Assembly: GCA_951406725.2 (NCBI GenBank)
Contig: OX597822.1
Span: 38,378,001 to 38,442,000 of the forward strand
DNA from: Octopus vulgaris
Taxonomy: Eukaryota
DNA length: 64,000 bases
Direction of reading: 5' to 3'
Under the pieces are notes generated by a model. That model was not told where the DNA came from. It did no database searches and was given only the letters and a program-made list of their open reading frames with translations. This document shows, one piece after another, positions 23,398 through 37,208 of the stretch (positions within the stretch are counted from its first letter, which is position 1; the number at the start of each line of letters is the position of its first letter). Position numbers and translations under genes: made by a program.

Positions 23398-25650
23398 CAG
23401 CGTTTCTCAACTGGGGTTCCCTGGAATCCTAGGGTTCCGCAAGAAAGAATGAGATAAGCTAATGCTAATTTTATGATTGTAATATTACTATACAATCTAG
23501 CATTTCCTTGTATAATTTATTGGTTCACTGTACATTTTGCCTTGATTTATCTTTTGTCTTTTCAACATTGCCAGTAAAGGTTAAATAAATAATAAATTGA
23601 TAGACAATTATCTGTTTACATTTATGTATTGTGGGTATATGATATCAACTACTTATACTCTTTTACTTGTTTCAGTCATTTGACTGCGGCCATGCTGGAG
23701 CACCGCCTTTAGTCGAGTAAATTGACCCCAGGACTTATTCTTTGTAAGCCTAGTACTTATTCAGTCTCTTTTGCTGAACCGCTAAGTTACACGGACATAA
23801 ACACGCCAGCATCGGTTGTCAAGTGATGTTGGGGGGACAAACACAGACACACAAACATATACACACACATACATATATATATGACGGGCTTTTTTCAGTT
23901 TCTGTCTACCAAACCTACTCACAAAGCTTTGGTCGGCCAGAGGCTATAGTAGAAGACACTTGCCCAAGGTGCCACACAGTGGGACTGAGCCCAGAACCAT
24001 GTGGTTGGTAAGCAAGCTACTTACCACACAGCCACACTTGTACCTAATGTTTATTTTTTATGATTAAGTTTAGATTTTTTTTGTGAATGAAAACACCTGG
24101 CTCCCATGCAGGTGGCATGTAAAAAGCACCATTCAAGTGTGGTTGATGCCAGTGCCTGCTGACTGGTCCCATGCTGGTGGCTCATAAAGAGCACCATTTG
24201 AGTGTGGTTGATGCCAGTGCCTGCTGACTGGTCCCGTGCTGGTGGCACATAAAGAGCACCATTTGAGTGTGGTTGATGCTAGTGCCTGCTGACTGGTCCC
24301 ATGCTGGTGGCTCATAAAGAGCACCATTTGAGTGTGGTTGATGCCAGTGCCTGCTGACTGGTCCCGTGCTGGTGGCTCATAAAGAGCACCATTTGAGTGT
24401 GGATGATGCCAGTGCCTGCTGACTGGTCCCATGCTGGTGGCACATAAAGAGCACCATTTGAGTGTGGTTGTTGCCAGTGCCTGCTGACTGGTCCCATGCT
24501 GGTGGCACATAAAGAGCACCATTTGAGTGTGGTTGTTGCCAGTGCCTGCTGACTGGTCCTATGCTGGTGGCACATAAAGAGCACCATTTGAGTGTGGTTG
24601 ATGCCAGTGCCTGCTGACTGGTCCCATGCTGGTGGCACATAAAGAGCACCATTTGAGTGTGGTTGTTGCCAGTGCCTGCTGACTGGTCCCGTGCTGGTGG
24701 CTCATAAAGAGCACCATTTGAGTGTGGTTGTTGCCAGTGCCTGCTGACTGGTCCCATGCTGGTGGCACATAAAGAGCACCATTTGAGTGTGGTTGATGCC
24801 AGTGCCTGCTGACTGGTCCCGGTGCTGGTGGCACATAAAGAGCACCATTTGAGTGTGGTTGTTGCCAGTGCCTGCTGACTGGTCCCATGCTGGTGGCACA
24901 TAAAGAGCACCATTTGAGTGTGGTTGTTGCCAGTGCCTGCTGACTGGTCCCGTGCTGGTGGCTCATAAAGAGCACCATTTGAGTGTGGATGATGCCAGTG
25001 CCTGCTGACTGGTCCCATGCTGGTGGCTCATAAAGAGCACCATTTGAGTGTGGTTGATGCCAGTGCCTGCTGACTGGTCCCGTGCTGGTGGCACATAAAG
25101 AGCACCATTTGAGTGTGGTTGATGCCAGTGCTGCCTGACTGGCTCCTGTGCAGGTGGCATGTGAAAAACACTATATGAGCGTGGTCGATGCCAGTACTGC
25201 TTGACTGGCCCTCATACCGGTGACATGTAAAAACCACCCACTACACTCTCAGAGTGGTTGGTATTAGGAAGGGCATTCAGCTGTAGAAACTTTGCCAGAT
25301 TGGATTGGTGCCTGGTGCAGCCTTCTGGCTTGCCAGTCCTCAGTCAAACTGTCCAACTCATGCTAGCATGGAAAGCGGATGTTAAACAATGATAAAAACT
25401 CTGTGATGAGGTATCATAAATGAGTTGTATGACTCTTATCTAGCATTAACAATAAATTTGACAAAGTATTAATTTTTTCTTAAGCTAGTTATTGATTTAT
25501 TGTATATGATATTTACTATGTGAACTATGATGAAAAAAACATGAGAAAGATATGGTATATAATTTTTTTTGCGGTATATAATTTTTTCGTGCAGGGATTC
25601 CTTGAGACATGTAATTTATTTTAAGGGTTACACAAGGTTGAGAAACACTG
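23398..25650. mobile_element. hAT-like non-autonomous element hosting a nested SINE and the 65-bp array
   Basis: TIRs CAGCGTTTCTCAAC / GTTGAGAAACACTG; 8-bp flanks ATTCAGAT / ATTTAGGT (6/8 identical). Confidence 0.65.
24121..25165 (+). repeat. Minisatellite, about 16 copies of a 65-bp unit, inside an RTE-tail-related repeat (about 24095-25392)
   Basis: GCACCATT recurs at 24126, 24191, 24256 ... 25102 (period 65, one 66-bp unit). Confidence 0.95.
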
Positions 25651-26129
25651 ATTTAGGTTGTATCTCAACTATCAATCCTACTACTTCATTATCTAATTTC
25701 CTTTTTACACCAAGCCTGTAATGTAAACAGACATTGTAAATTTGGTACCATTTCTATTTTTCTTTTCCCTCTCTTATTCTTTTTATTTTTCTTTAACAAA
25801 TGGTATAACCTGAAATGCTTGATCCTCTTCTATTCTTTTCATTTGATATATTTTTGGTAAAAATTCTTTGTTATTGTTTTGTTTCATATTTCTACACTTT
25901 ATTCAGCATGTTTGACTTGTCTTACTTCATATTTATTTGTCTTCTCCTTACCTCATAATCTTCCTTGTTTTACACCTCTCCTCTCTCTTTGAAGATTCAT
26001 TCATCATGACAAAAATGATATCTCAAACCACTTGGTATGCTTGTAAATAGGGCCTTGCCCCACTTCTCACTTTCTGCTTTGTCAATCATTTTCCCTATAA
26101 CTCTCATTCCCTAACACTTCAGTAGATAA

Positions 26130-28262
26130 AGCAATTAAGAGCATGAAGTGAGGGAAAGCCCCTCGCCCATCAGGAATCACTGCAGAGATGCTCAAAATAT
26201 CTGGCAGTGTTGGCTATAGCCTAGTCACCTGTATAGTTAACCATGTGATACACAAAGGAGTCATACCCAATGACTGGTGCAGCAGCACCATAGTCAACTG
26301 CTACAAAGGTATCAAGTTGTTGGATCAGGTAATGAAGGTCACGGAGAGGGTCATAGCCCAACTAATTAAGGAGAGAGTCAGTTTAGATGAGATGCAGTTT
26401 GGGTTCATGCCAGGGAAAAGCACCACCGATGGTATATTTCTGGTAAGACAGCTGCAGGAGAAATACCAAGCCAAAGATAAACCTCTGTACCTGGCTTTCG
26501 TTGACATGGAGAAAGCCTTTGACAGGGTCCCCCGATCCTTTATCTGGTGATCAATGAGGAAACTACGGATAGATGAATGGTGAGAGCTGTGCAAGCCATG
26601 TACAGGGATGCTGTCAGTAAAGTGAGGGTTGGCAATGAGTACAGTGAAGAATTCCGGGTAGAGGTAGGGGTTCCACCAAGGTTCAGTCCTCAGCCCCTCC
26701 TATTTATCATAGTCCTCCAGGCAATAACAGAGGAATTCAAGACAGGATGCCCCTGGGAGCTCCTCTATGCCGACGATCTTGCTCTAATTGCTGAGTCACT
26801 ATCAGAACTAGAGGAGAAGCTTCGGGTGTGGAAGCAAGGATTAGAATTGAAGGGCCTTAGAGTCAACCTAGCTAAAGCCAAAGTCCTAATAAGTAGGCAG
26901 GCAGACAAACCACAAATCCCTTCAGGTAGATGGCCCTGCTTGATCTGTAGAAAAGGCGTAGGTAGAAACTCTATAAGATGTACCCAGTGTAAGCTATGGA
27001 TACATAAGAGGTGCAGCAATATCAAAGGAAGGCTAACTAGGAAGGTAGTTTTTGTATGTGGCAGATGCTCAGGAGCAATAAACACTGAAAATGTGCAGAG
27101 AACAACTTCCGCCACATTCCAGGGAGAAAAACTAGAAGTAGTTGATAGCTTCCATTACTTTGGTGAAGTCAGTAGCGGGGGAGGATGCACTGAAAGTGTA
27201 ATTGCTAGAATAAGAATAGCCTGGGCAAAGTTCAGAGAGCTCTTACCTCTGCTGGTGACAAAGGGCCTCTTGCTCAGAGTAAAAGGTAGACTGTATGACA
27301 CTTGTATATGAACAGCCATGCTACATGGCAGTGAAACATGGGCTGTGACTGCTGAGGACATGTGTAAGCTCGCAAGGAATGAAGCTAGTATGATCTGATA
27401 GATGTGTAATGTCTGTGCATACTCGACAGAGTGTAAATACCTTGAGAGAAAAGTTGGACCTAAGAAGCATCAGATGTGGCGTGCAAGAGAGACGACTGCG
27501 CTGGTATGTTCATGTGGTGAGAATAGATGAGGATAGCTGTGTGAAAAAGTGTCACACCCTAGCGGTTGAGGGAATCTGTGGAAGAGGTAGACCTAGGATG
27601 AGGTGGTGAAGCATGACCTCCGAACATTAGGCCTCACCGAGGCAATGACTAGTGACCGAAACCTCTGGAAATAGGCTGTGTGTGAGAAGACCTGGCAAGC
27701 CAAGTGAGACCATAACCCGTGGCCTATGCCAGCCCACTTATGCGTACCTTTCCTTCATTGGACACTAAACTCTGCTTGCGAAAACCTGTTATGGCAAGTG
27801 AAATTGAAATCAAATTCAAAGACTGGCATCCAAGCTAGTGGAGCGCTAAGAGCACCATCTGAGCGTGATTGTTGCCAGAGCAGCTGACTGGCTTCCATGC
27901 CGGTGGAACGTAAAAAGCACCATTTGAGTGTGATCGTTACCAGTGTCGTCTTACTGGCACGTGAAAAAACATTCGAGCGAGGTTGTTACGTGCTGCTGGA
28001 CTGGCTCCTGTGGAGGTGGTACGTAAAATACACCATTTGAGCGTGGCTGTTGCCAGTACCACCTGACTGGCCCTTGTGCCGGTGGCACGTAAAAGCACCC
28101 ACTACACTATTAAAGTGGTTGGCATTAGGAAGGGCATCCAGTGGTAGAAACTCTACCAGATCAGATTGGAGCCTGGTACAGCCATCTGGTTCGCCAGTCC
28201 TCAGTCAAATCATCCAACCCATACCAGCATGGAAAGCATACGTTAAACAATGATGATGATGA
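26130..28262 (+). mobile_element. 5'-truncated RTE-clade LINE: disrupted RT ORF2 with internal Cys/His finger, 3' UTR with 65-bp repeats and (GAT)n tail
   Basis: QFGFMPGKSTTDGIF, LAFVDMEKAFDRVPR, LLYADDLALIA, RIRIAWAKFRELLPLL, RRLRWY.HVVR, GRGRPRMRW; several stops and frameshifts. Confidence 0.92.
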
Positions 28263-28799
28263 TATATATATATATATATATATACGTATACATCCCCTCT
28301 CATGGCCTACTGTCAGATTTCTCTCTCTAATGCTCTCATCCTCTTGTTATCTCCAGAGTTTGCATCAGCATCCTACCACTGCCTTCCTTTTATCTCCCCT
28401 ACAAGACACCTGTACTAGTATTTCAATCACACTTTATCCTTTCAACACCTGGCCTACAGACATCCACCTCCACCTTCTTCTCTCAAATACATCCCTTTTA
28501 GTTGTGGAAACTTTTTCTTTTCCCTATTCTTTTTCAGTCGTGCAAGTTTATGCAGGAACCTCACTAATGCCGGGGTAATGAAAAAAGCACCCGGTCCACT
28601 CTTATGTGGTTGGCATTAAGAAAGGCATTCAGCCATAGAAACCATGTCAAAGCTGATAAGGAGCTTGATGTGGCCTTGCAACCCACTGGACACTTTCAAA
28701 CCATCCAACCCATGTCAGCATGGAACATGGATGTTAAATGATGATGATGATATACACACACACACACATATTATTCAGAGAGGGAGAGAGATAGAGAAA

Positions 28800-29440
28800 A
28801 CTGTTTTCTTTTAACGGTGTATTGAATAACATTGTTATATTGTAGTCTTTTTTTATTGTTTCTTTTATGTGTTCCACACAATTTGTTTGGAATAATAAAA
28901 ATTCCTAAATCCATCATCAACATTTCTAGACTTTCACAGCCTCATCTTCAGGATGTGAAATATTTTTGGCATATGTAACTGCCTTTTATAATAGGTAAAA
29001 GTGGCTGTTAGATTTATACACCATGAATTATGAGCTTATTTTTTAATGACATGTACAGCACACTCTCACTGGCTCACCATGCACTTTAAAAATGGAGCAA
29101 TTGCAAAACACCATACAACACAACACAACAGAAAACAAAGCTATGTAGGAAAACATTAGCGAACAACACCTCCATACTATATAGAACTAGCAACAAAACA
29201 GGAAAACAACTTTCCTATGCCTCCCCAAATCACACTCTCAATCGAATATGCAGATCACATGACATCACACTCACACTATATCTCTATTCTTCAACCATAT
29301 ATGAACTCCTTAGAAACCTGGATTCAAAACAATAGCTCATAAACTAGCCCTTACTGACCCCCACCACTGTCTCCCTTCTTGTTAGCAACCCCAGCGAACA
29401 TCAAATACAACCAACGCCATACTCAATGAACGAATAAACA
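28800..29440 (+). mobile_element. Degenerate Penelope-like fragment
   Basis: Plus-strand WLTMHFKNGAIAKHHTTQH near 29070-29130 resembles the PLE GIY-YIG RLTMHxxxGAIxxH segment; opposite-strand hammerhead motif at 28915-28955; boundaries approximate. Confidence 0.5.
28915..28955 (-). ncRNA. Minimal Penelope-type hammerhead motif
   Basis: Minus strand CATC-CTGAAGA-TG-AGGCT-gtgaa-AGTCT-A-GAAA-TG-TT-GATG; stem I CATC/GATG; partly decayed. Confidence 0.6.
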
Positions 29441-29629
29441 TATATAATAGGTGAAGGTGTGGCTGTGTGGTAAGAAGCTTGCTTGCCAAGCATATGGTTC
29501 AAAGTTCAGTCCCACTGCATGGCACCTTGGGCAAGTGTCTTCTACTATAGCTGACCAAAACCCTGTGAGTGGATTTGGTAGATGGAAACTGAACGAAGCC
29601 CCTCATATATATATATATATATATATACA

Positions 29630-29999
29630 CTAGCAGCTAAGCCCGGTCTGTTTGGATGATGTGGCTGTGATCATTTTCGGTTAGGCATAATCTATAACAG
29701 CGTTTGTCAACCTTATCATCTCGGGTCCCCTGTTTTGATTGGAGCCTCCAGCTATATGAAAATTTCTTGACCCCCACCTCGTCAGAAAACAGCTTCTAAG
29801 CAACTGGTTGTTTTAATGGCAGAAGAAAGAGGGAAATTCCATTAGAAAAAGTTTTAATCGATTTTCTCAGTAAGTATGGGGGTTAGGAAAAAATACAAAC
29901 TGCCTTCCAATCTATGCACCTGTCCACCCAGCCATTTGGTTGTGAACCTCAAGACGAGAAAGAATACAACGATCGGCCATGTCCAATTTATATTATAGA
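29630..29999 (-). mobile_element. Non-autonomous Helitron-like element
   Basis: Minus strand begins A|TCTATAATATAA and ends CCGGGCTTAGCTGCTAG|T (TC...CTAG termini in an AT site, no TSD). Confidence 0.55.
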
Positions 30000-30594
30000 T
30001 AAGCAGCCCTAAATATACAAAAAGTTGGTTATGAATGCAAAGACGTTAGATCATAGGGTTGCTTAATCAGAACAAACCTAAGGCTAAACAACCCAATGTA
30101 CACTACTTCGTTATAATGCACGTAGTTATATAACACAGTTGTCTCCCTTGTACACTGTGATTGATGCCATTTATACACGCCCAGTTCATCTGTCTACATT
30201 ATTTTTTTATATCAACCCCACCTCTCTGTTCACATGCTTACCTTACTTCTCATAGATTTCTTGGGATCAGCATTGACTTGGGGCTAAACAGCAACAAGGA
30301 AGGAAGGACATATCAGATGCAATAGATAATGTAGTTAAGGATATACTATACCTGAGTAAAAAGTAAGGTGGTCATGGTTGGAATGTTTCTGATTATAGTT
30401 CTACTGGATCAGGAACGACTTGAGGCTAAACAACAGCTGTCATGGCTTGACTAAATACAGCAGAACCTACAAAGAACATATTAACACTACACACACACAC
30501 ACACCGATACAGTATATCCTGACCACCATGGACAGAGGTGGGGTAGTGTGTGAATCAATGGGTCAACATCACCAGCAAAGTTACGGGCACTCTG

Positions 30595-30865
30595 ATCAAT
30601 GGAACAACCTGCTTGTGAAATTAATGTGCAAGTGGCTGAGGACTCCACAGACACATGTATCCTTAATGTAGTTCTCAGGGAGATTCAGCATGGCACAGAA
30701 TGTGACAAGGCTGGCCCTTTGAATTACAGGTACAGTTCATTTTTGCCAGTTGAGTGGACTGGAGCAACGTGAAATAAAGTGTCTTGCTCAAGGACACAGC
30801 ACGCTGCTGGGAATTGAACTCGCGGCAATATGATTGTGAGCCAAATACTTTAACCGCTAAGCCAC
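30595..30865 (-). mobile_element. tRNA-derived SINE family C; copies at about 62098-62395(+) and partial 55215-55345(-)
   Basis: Head GCTTAGCGGTTAAAG...GAGTTCAATTCC, body CCTTGAGCAAGACACTTTATTTCACGTTGCTCCAGTCC shared among copies. Confidence 0.7.
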
Positions 30866-32145
30866 ATTTCTCAACACAACAAGCAACAATATTAATCATC
30901 ATCATCGTCTAACGTCCATTTTCCGCGCTAGCACGGGTTGGACGGTTTGACCGGGGTCTGGGAAGCCAGGGGCTGCACCAGGCTCCAGTCTGATCTGGCA
31001 GAGTTGCTACAGCTGGATGCCCTTCCTAACGCCAACCACTCTGCGAGTGTAGTGGGTGCTTTTTACGTGCCACCTGCACAGGTGCCAGGGGGGTCTGGCA
31101 TTGCCCACAATTGGTTGGAGCTTTTAACGTGCCACCGGCACGGAAGCCAGCCAAGGCAGCGCTGGCAACGATCACACTCAAATGGTGCTTTTTATGTGCC
31201 ATTGGCACAGAAGCCAGTCGGGGTGGCGCTGGCATCGGCCATGTTCGGATGGTGCTTTTTATGTGCTACCGGCACAGAAGCCAGTCGAGGCGGCGCTGGC
31301 AACGGCCACGTTCGGATGGTGCTTTTTATGTGCTACCGGTACAGGTATCACAACTACTATTTCCATTGATATTTATTTCGATGTTCATGTACTTGACTCA
31401 ACAGGTCTCCTCAAGCACAGCGGGATGTTCTGGAATCCAGGGTACTTTGAATGGGCAGGGGCTATGCGGAACTGGTGCAGGAAGTAGCCCGGGTCTTTGC
31501 AGTCACAGCATATCTCCAGAGATCTCGGTCCTTTGCCATTGCCTCAGTAATTAATAGCTTTGTTAATAAATAACAAACAACAATATTAACAGTTCAGTTA
31601 ATTAATAACAGACAATATCAACAGCTCAGTTAATTAGTGATAAACAATATTAATAGCTTGGTTAATTAACAACAGACAACAATTTTGGTAGCTCATTTGT
31701 TTTATAGACAAAGTTCTTTTACACAAAAAAACAAACAAAATTAAAAAAAAGACAGACAGTTATTTTCTTGTATTTAATATTATTATTATTATCATTATTA
31801 TTATTATTGATTTTCATTTGTTAGGCTTAAAAGTTTTTTTTGTTTTTAAGTTTGAAACCTTTTGACAATGTCAGAGACAGTCAAAATTTGAAGTCCTTTT
31901 GTTTTTTCTTTTCTTTTACTTTTTTTGTCTTTGTTGTAGAGTCGCGGTGGAGGGGGGTATGTAGTAGTAGTAATAATAATAATAATAGTAGTGGTGGTGG
32001 TGGTAGTGGTCACTGAGGTGGCATTAACTGTCCACTTATTGATCCTAAGAAGTGGGTATATATGTAGGGATGTACACTTGGGTTATGTGTGCATATGTAT
32101 ATACATTTATATACACACATACATATATATGTATACATACACATA

Positions 32146-32177
<32 letters not shown>

Positions 32178-34370
32178 CATACATACACGTGTGTACATGT
32201 GTTTGCGTGTGTAGAGAGAAGGGGTGGATAGTGATTGGGTGTGATGAGGTGGGGAGAAAACTCACAACTGACTTAGCCCCTCTCCCCAACATCTCTTTTG
32301 TCCATAAATGGTCACTACAACTTACCCATGCCCACCCCCTCCTGCCTCACACATATACATACATGCACTGCCCTCCTTGTGTAGAAACATTTTCTTCTCA
32401 AACAAAGCCATAATTAAAAAAAAAAAAATTTTTTTGTGAGTGGCGGGCAAAGCTGGATTCCTCCTTGCACCCTTTGCATCTGTCTCCTAATCACGAAGTG
32501 GGATTGTAGGGGGATGGTGGGTGTTTGAGAGAGGTTCTTCACAATTTTGGTCTTGAATTCTTCAAATTGAGATTTGATTCTTTCTTCCATCCACAACTTC
32601 CATTAGTTTTTGGAAATACAGAGATGAATCTGGATGATAGTTTTTGTTCATATATTAATTTAAATTAAGTTGATTAGTTAAATTTAACTGATTCATTAAT
32701 CCAGATCTCTTAGCACCGCTCATGCCCACCTCCCCCTTACTTCTGTGTTTTGATTAACATTTAAAACTATATCTCATCTGTCCTCCTTAGATGATTATCT
32801 TCATTTCCACCAACACCAACACAGAGTCACTTTAAAGAAGGAGGCCCAAGTATATATATATATATATATATATATAGATAGATATACACTCACTGGTACT
32901 ATAATAGGAACTGGAATCAGAATGTGCCAGGAGGAGATAGTTGGGAAAACAGTAAGCAGGAGCACTGTTTATTGTTGAGTGTTTCACTAGACAGCATTGT
33001 GGTAGTGAAATCACACAAATGTGTTTCTTGTAGAGAGGTGAGAGAAATCTTCCTAGAGGTGTTGCTTCCTATCCTTGAACCACAAATCTCAAAGTTTACA
33101 TGATATTAATTAACGATACACTTTATGACTGAACTAGTCTGCTTTGACCAATTCTAGTTATTAACAAATAAAACATTATTATTATTATTATTATTGATGC
33201 TGCTAGCAATGACTATGTGGGCTCAAGCATGGCTGTATAGTTAAAAGTTAATTTTCCAGCCAAATGTTTCTGGGTTCAGTCCCACTGTGTGGCACTTTGG
33301 GCAAGTGTCTTCTACTTTAGCCAAGGCCTGAATGAAGCCTGTTAATATACATATATATATTGTATGTGTTTGTCCCCCCCACCACAGCTTGACAACCAGT
33401 GTTGGTTTGTTTATGTCCCTGTAGTTTAGTGGTGTGGCATAAGAGGCCAGTAGAATAAGTACTGGAGTGGATTCATTTAAATAAAACCCATTTATCTTTT
33501 ACTGGGGTACCAGTAAAAATGATAAAGAAATTAATGTTTGCTATTGAGGAGCTTTCTAAGTATGAATTGTAGATGTCTGGTGCAGGTATGTAGAAAAGAG
33601 GGACTTTAAGGGAACCTTAACTCAAGACTATATTAGACATTGTTTTCCTCCACCTGACCCCTGATCTACAGGCACACTACCACTGTACCCTGAAGCAAAG
33701 GGCCACAAGAAGTCAGTGTAAATTATCAGTAAACATTGCACATCTGCCAAACTCACCTTAACCCTCACAAACCACCAGTTCTGCCCTCAACTAACCCTAA
33801 TACCAAAGTTTCTTTAACCCCTTATTTGTCTCGTCTTCTCTCCCTTCTTGCACCACAACAATATCCTTTTTCTGACCCTTATTATTATTATTACTGTTAT
33901 TATTATTATAAACAGTAATTTTTTTTTTTTACACAGTACTAGGTTATTTAACCTCGGTCAGCTCTCACTGCCATTCCAGTCATGACCACCTTGTCTTTTT
34001 TGAGTTTTTCAGACAGTGTGTATCTAGGAATACATTAACCAATGTCTCCTACCCTAAGATGTGATTAAAAAAGAGATCTTGTTAAATCTACTTTTTTTTT
34101 TTACCAGAATGTCGAGCAACCAACCATGAATGAGATGTGACGGTAGTGGGGGAGGGGGAGAGGGACAGGGAGAGGAGAAGGAACAGTTGATTCACTTGAC
34201 TGCTCTGCTTTCCTCATCCCCAGTTTATTACTGGTACCCATTTTTGGATGAGATGAAAGGCAGTGTGTGTATGTGTGTGAATCTTAGGATTGATCTGAAC
34301 TGTTTGAACTGTGTATGTTGGAGGGTTAGATGAGCAGAAATTAAGATATTTAAGACACTGCTCCATTTTC

Positions 34371-34407
<37 letters not shown>

Positions 34408-35450
34408 ATTAATAATAATTAGTTTGTTAATTAATAATTAATAAGGAGAATACGCAGAAGGCTGATGAAGACTTTCATGCCTATTTTTGGGGCATTAGCA
34501 ACATCAGTAATAGAAAATATTGACGATGATGATGATGATGATAATGATAATGACAATGGTAGTGATGATAATGATGATGATAGTTGTGGTAGTTATGATG
34601 CTGATGATGATCTCTGCGTACAACAGACAGGTAGGATAAAATCTTGGATTTAGATATATACCACCGAATGTAGATACTGAATTGTTCATGCCCTTCCCAA
34701 GATCCTCAGCAATGGCCACGAGGGAGAAGAGGACACACTCACTGGTAACTTAAAACCATAGCTTTCAGTTCTACAAGAAAAATTCAATTTTCAATAATAA
34801 TAATAATAATAATAATAATGGTTTCAAATTTTGCTACAAGAGCAGCATTTTGGGGGAGGGGATGAGTTGATGACATCGACCCCAGTGTTTCACTGGTACT
34901 TAATTTATCGACCCCCAAAAGGGTGAAAGGCAAAGTTGACCTTGGCAGAATTTAAACTCAGAACATGGTGACGGGCAAAATATGCTAAGCATTTCGCCTG
35001 GTGTGCTAACGATTCTGCCAGTTAATAACTCTTTCTAGCTTTGGCACAAGGCTAGTAATTTTGAGGGGAGGGGGAAGCTGATTATATTGACCTCAGTGCT
35101 CGATTTGTATTTATTTTAACGACCCCGAAAGGATGAAAACAAAGTCGACCGTGGTAGAATCTGAACTCAGAATACAAAGTCAGTAGAAATACCACTAAGC
35201 GTTTAGTCGTCTGTGTTAATGATTCTGCCAGCTCACGGCCATAATAATGATAATAACAATCCTTTCTACTACAGGTATGAGACCTGAAATTTTCATGGGA
35301 GGGGACTAGTCGATTACATTGACTCCAGTGTTTAACTGGTACTTATTTCACCGACCCCTATAATCCTCAGCAGAATTTGAACTCGAAACATAAAGGTGGA
35401 TGAAATGCTTCTGAGTATTCTGTCTGATGGGCTAGCAATTCTGCCAGCTC

Positions 35451-35481
<31 letters not shown>

Positions 35482-35663
35482 TGATGATAATGAATTGACT
35501 TCTGTATTTGACTGGTACATTTTTTGTCAACCATGGAGAGACAAGGGGCAAAGTTGATCTTGGTGAAATTTGAACTCAGAGCCTTAAAGACAAAAAAAAT
35601 CTATAAGTGACAGGCCATTCTGACTGTCACTCTGCCAGATCTGTTACTCAACTCCCCTACAGC

Positions 35664-35695
<32 letters not shown>

Positions 35696-36580
35696 TAAAG
35701 GATTCCTCACTAATTAGTTCTTAATGTAAACATCATCTCTTGTTGCTTTTTGATTCAATGCTGCACAGCAGAATATGGCCAAAAATGAAGGGCTTGTCAC
35801 ATATTTGGGAGACCTAGAAAATCTAGGGCTGGTTGGTGCCTTATTAAAGGGCTGAAGAATATGGCTGAAAGTCTAGGGCTTGTGACTTACCTGGAGATCC
35901 AGAGAAAATGCTGAGAGTTTGGGAGCTGGTGATTAATTACAAAGCCCAACTGGACCAAAAAATGGGACAGTTTAGAAATGATTTGCTTTGATAATATTCA
36001 TGAATAGATAAAAATGTAGGCAGTGTTTATGCGTTGCTGTGTGGTGGGCATGGTGGATGGGGAATTGTGTCAATTACAGCGACTCTGTGTGTGTGTGTGT
36101 GTGTGTGAGTGTGTATATGTGTGTTTTAATCAAGGGCAGAAGGGAAGGGGGAGTTGGCTAACCAGATAATAGTATCTGCAAAAGAATGTGTGTGTATGTA
36201 TATGTGTGTATATATATATATAAAATATGCATGTAGGTATGGCCAAGTGGTTAAGAAGTCTCTTGTCCAATCACAAGGTCCCTGGTTTGATCCCAGTGCA
36301 TGGCAGCTTCAGCAATTACTTTTTTTTACCATGACATTGAGAAAGGATGTACCTGTAATTCAACAGTGGCTCTACCTGAGAATTACATGAAAGGTACACC
36401 TGTCTATGGAATACTCAACCACTTACATGTTTTTTTTTTTTTTGTAATTCAATGAGTTGGAAATTCAGTTGATTGAACAAGTCAAATATACACCAGTAAA
36501 ACTGATGGGGATCCATTTACATTTCATTTTATAAAATAAATATTTGTGTGTGTATATGCACATATGTGTACATATGACAT

Positions 36581-36636
<56 letters not shown>

Positions 36637-37133
36637 TATACACACACATACAGACAACCACACCATATTATAAGAAAAAAAATATATAATTAACAAACAG
36701 ACTGTAATCACAACCCTTTTCTTTCCTCCTCTTTTTCTTTTCTGTAACACTTTACTGCTCAGTCTGTCTGTCTGTCTGTTTCATCTTGATCAGCCAAACT
36801 CCATATAATGGGGGGGCATGAGGTGAGGCATGGTGGGGAGAGATAGACAAATAGATAGATAGATAGAGAGAGAGAGAGGGAGGAAGGGAGAAGAGTCATA
36901 GTCTGGAGCTGCCAAATCTTGCAGGCTCAAACTACATCTCTTCGTCCTGTTCCTTCCTCTGGTTCTCCCGGTTCCTGGTTGGTCTGTCCATCACTTCTCA
37001 CTTGCCTCAACCAAACCATACCCCCGTGATTCCCCTTCCACCTTCTGCAATCTACCCTCACCACAACACAAAACATAAAACACGCCTGCCACTCTTTAGA
37101 GCAAATATACATACATACATACATATATATATA

Positions 37134-37208
<75 letters not shown>

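Noticed and set aside
24121-25165. Regular array resembling CRISPR, and overlapping repetitive ORFs
   Set aside because: Units are contiguous near-identical 65-mers with no unique spacers, there are no cas genes and the context is eukaryotic; the ORFs are by-products of the repeat.
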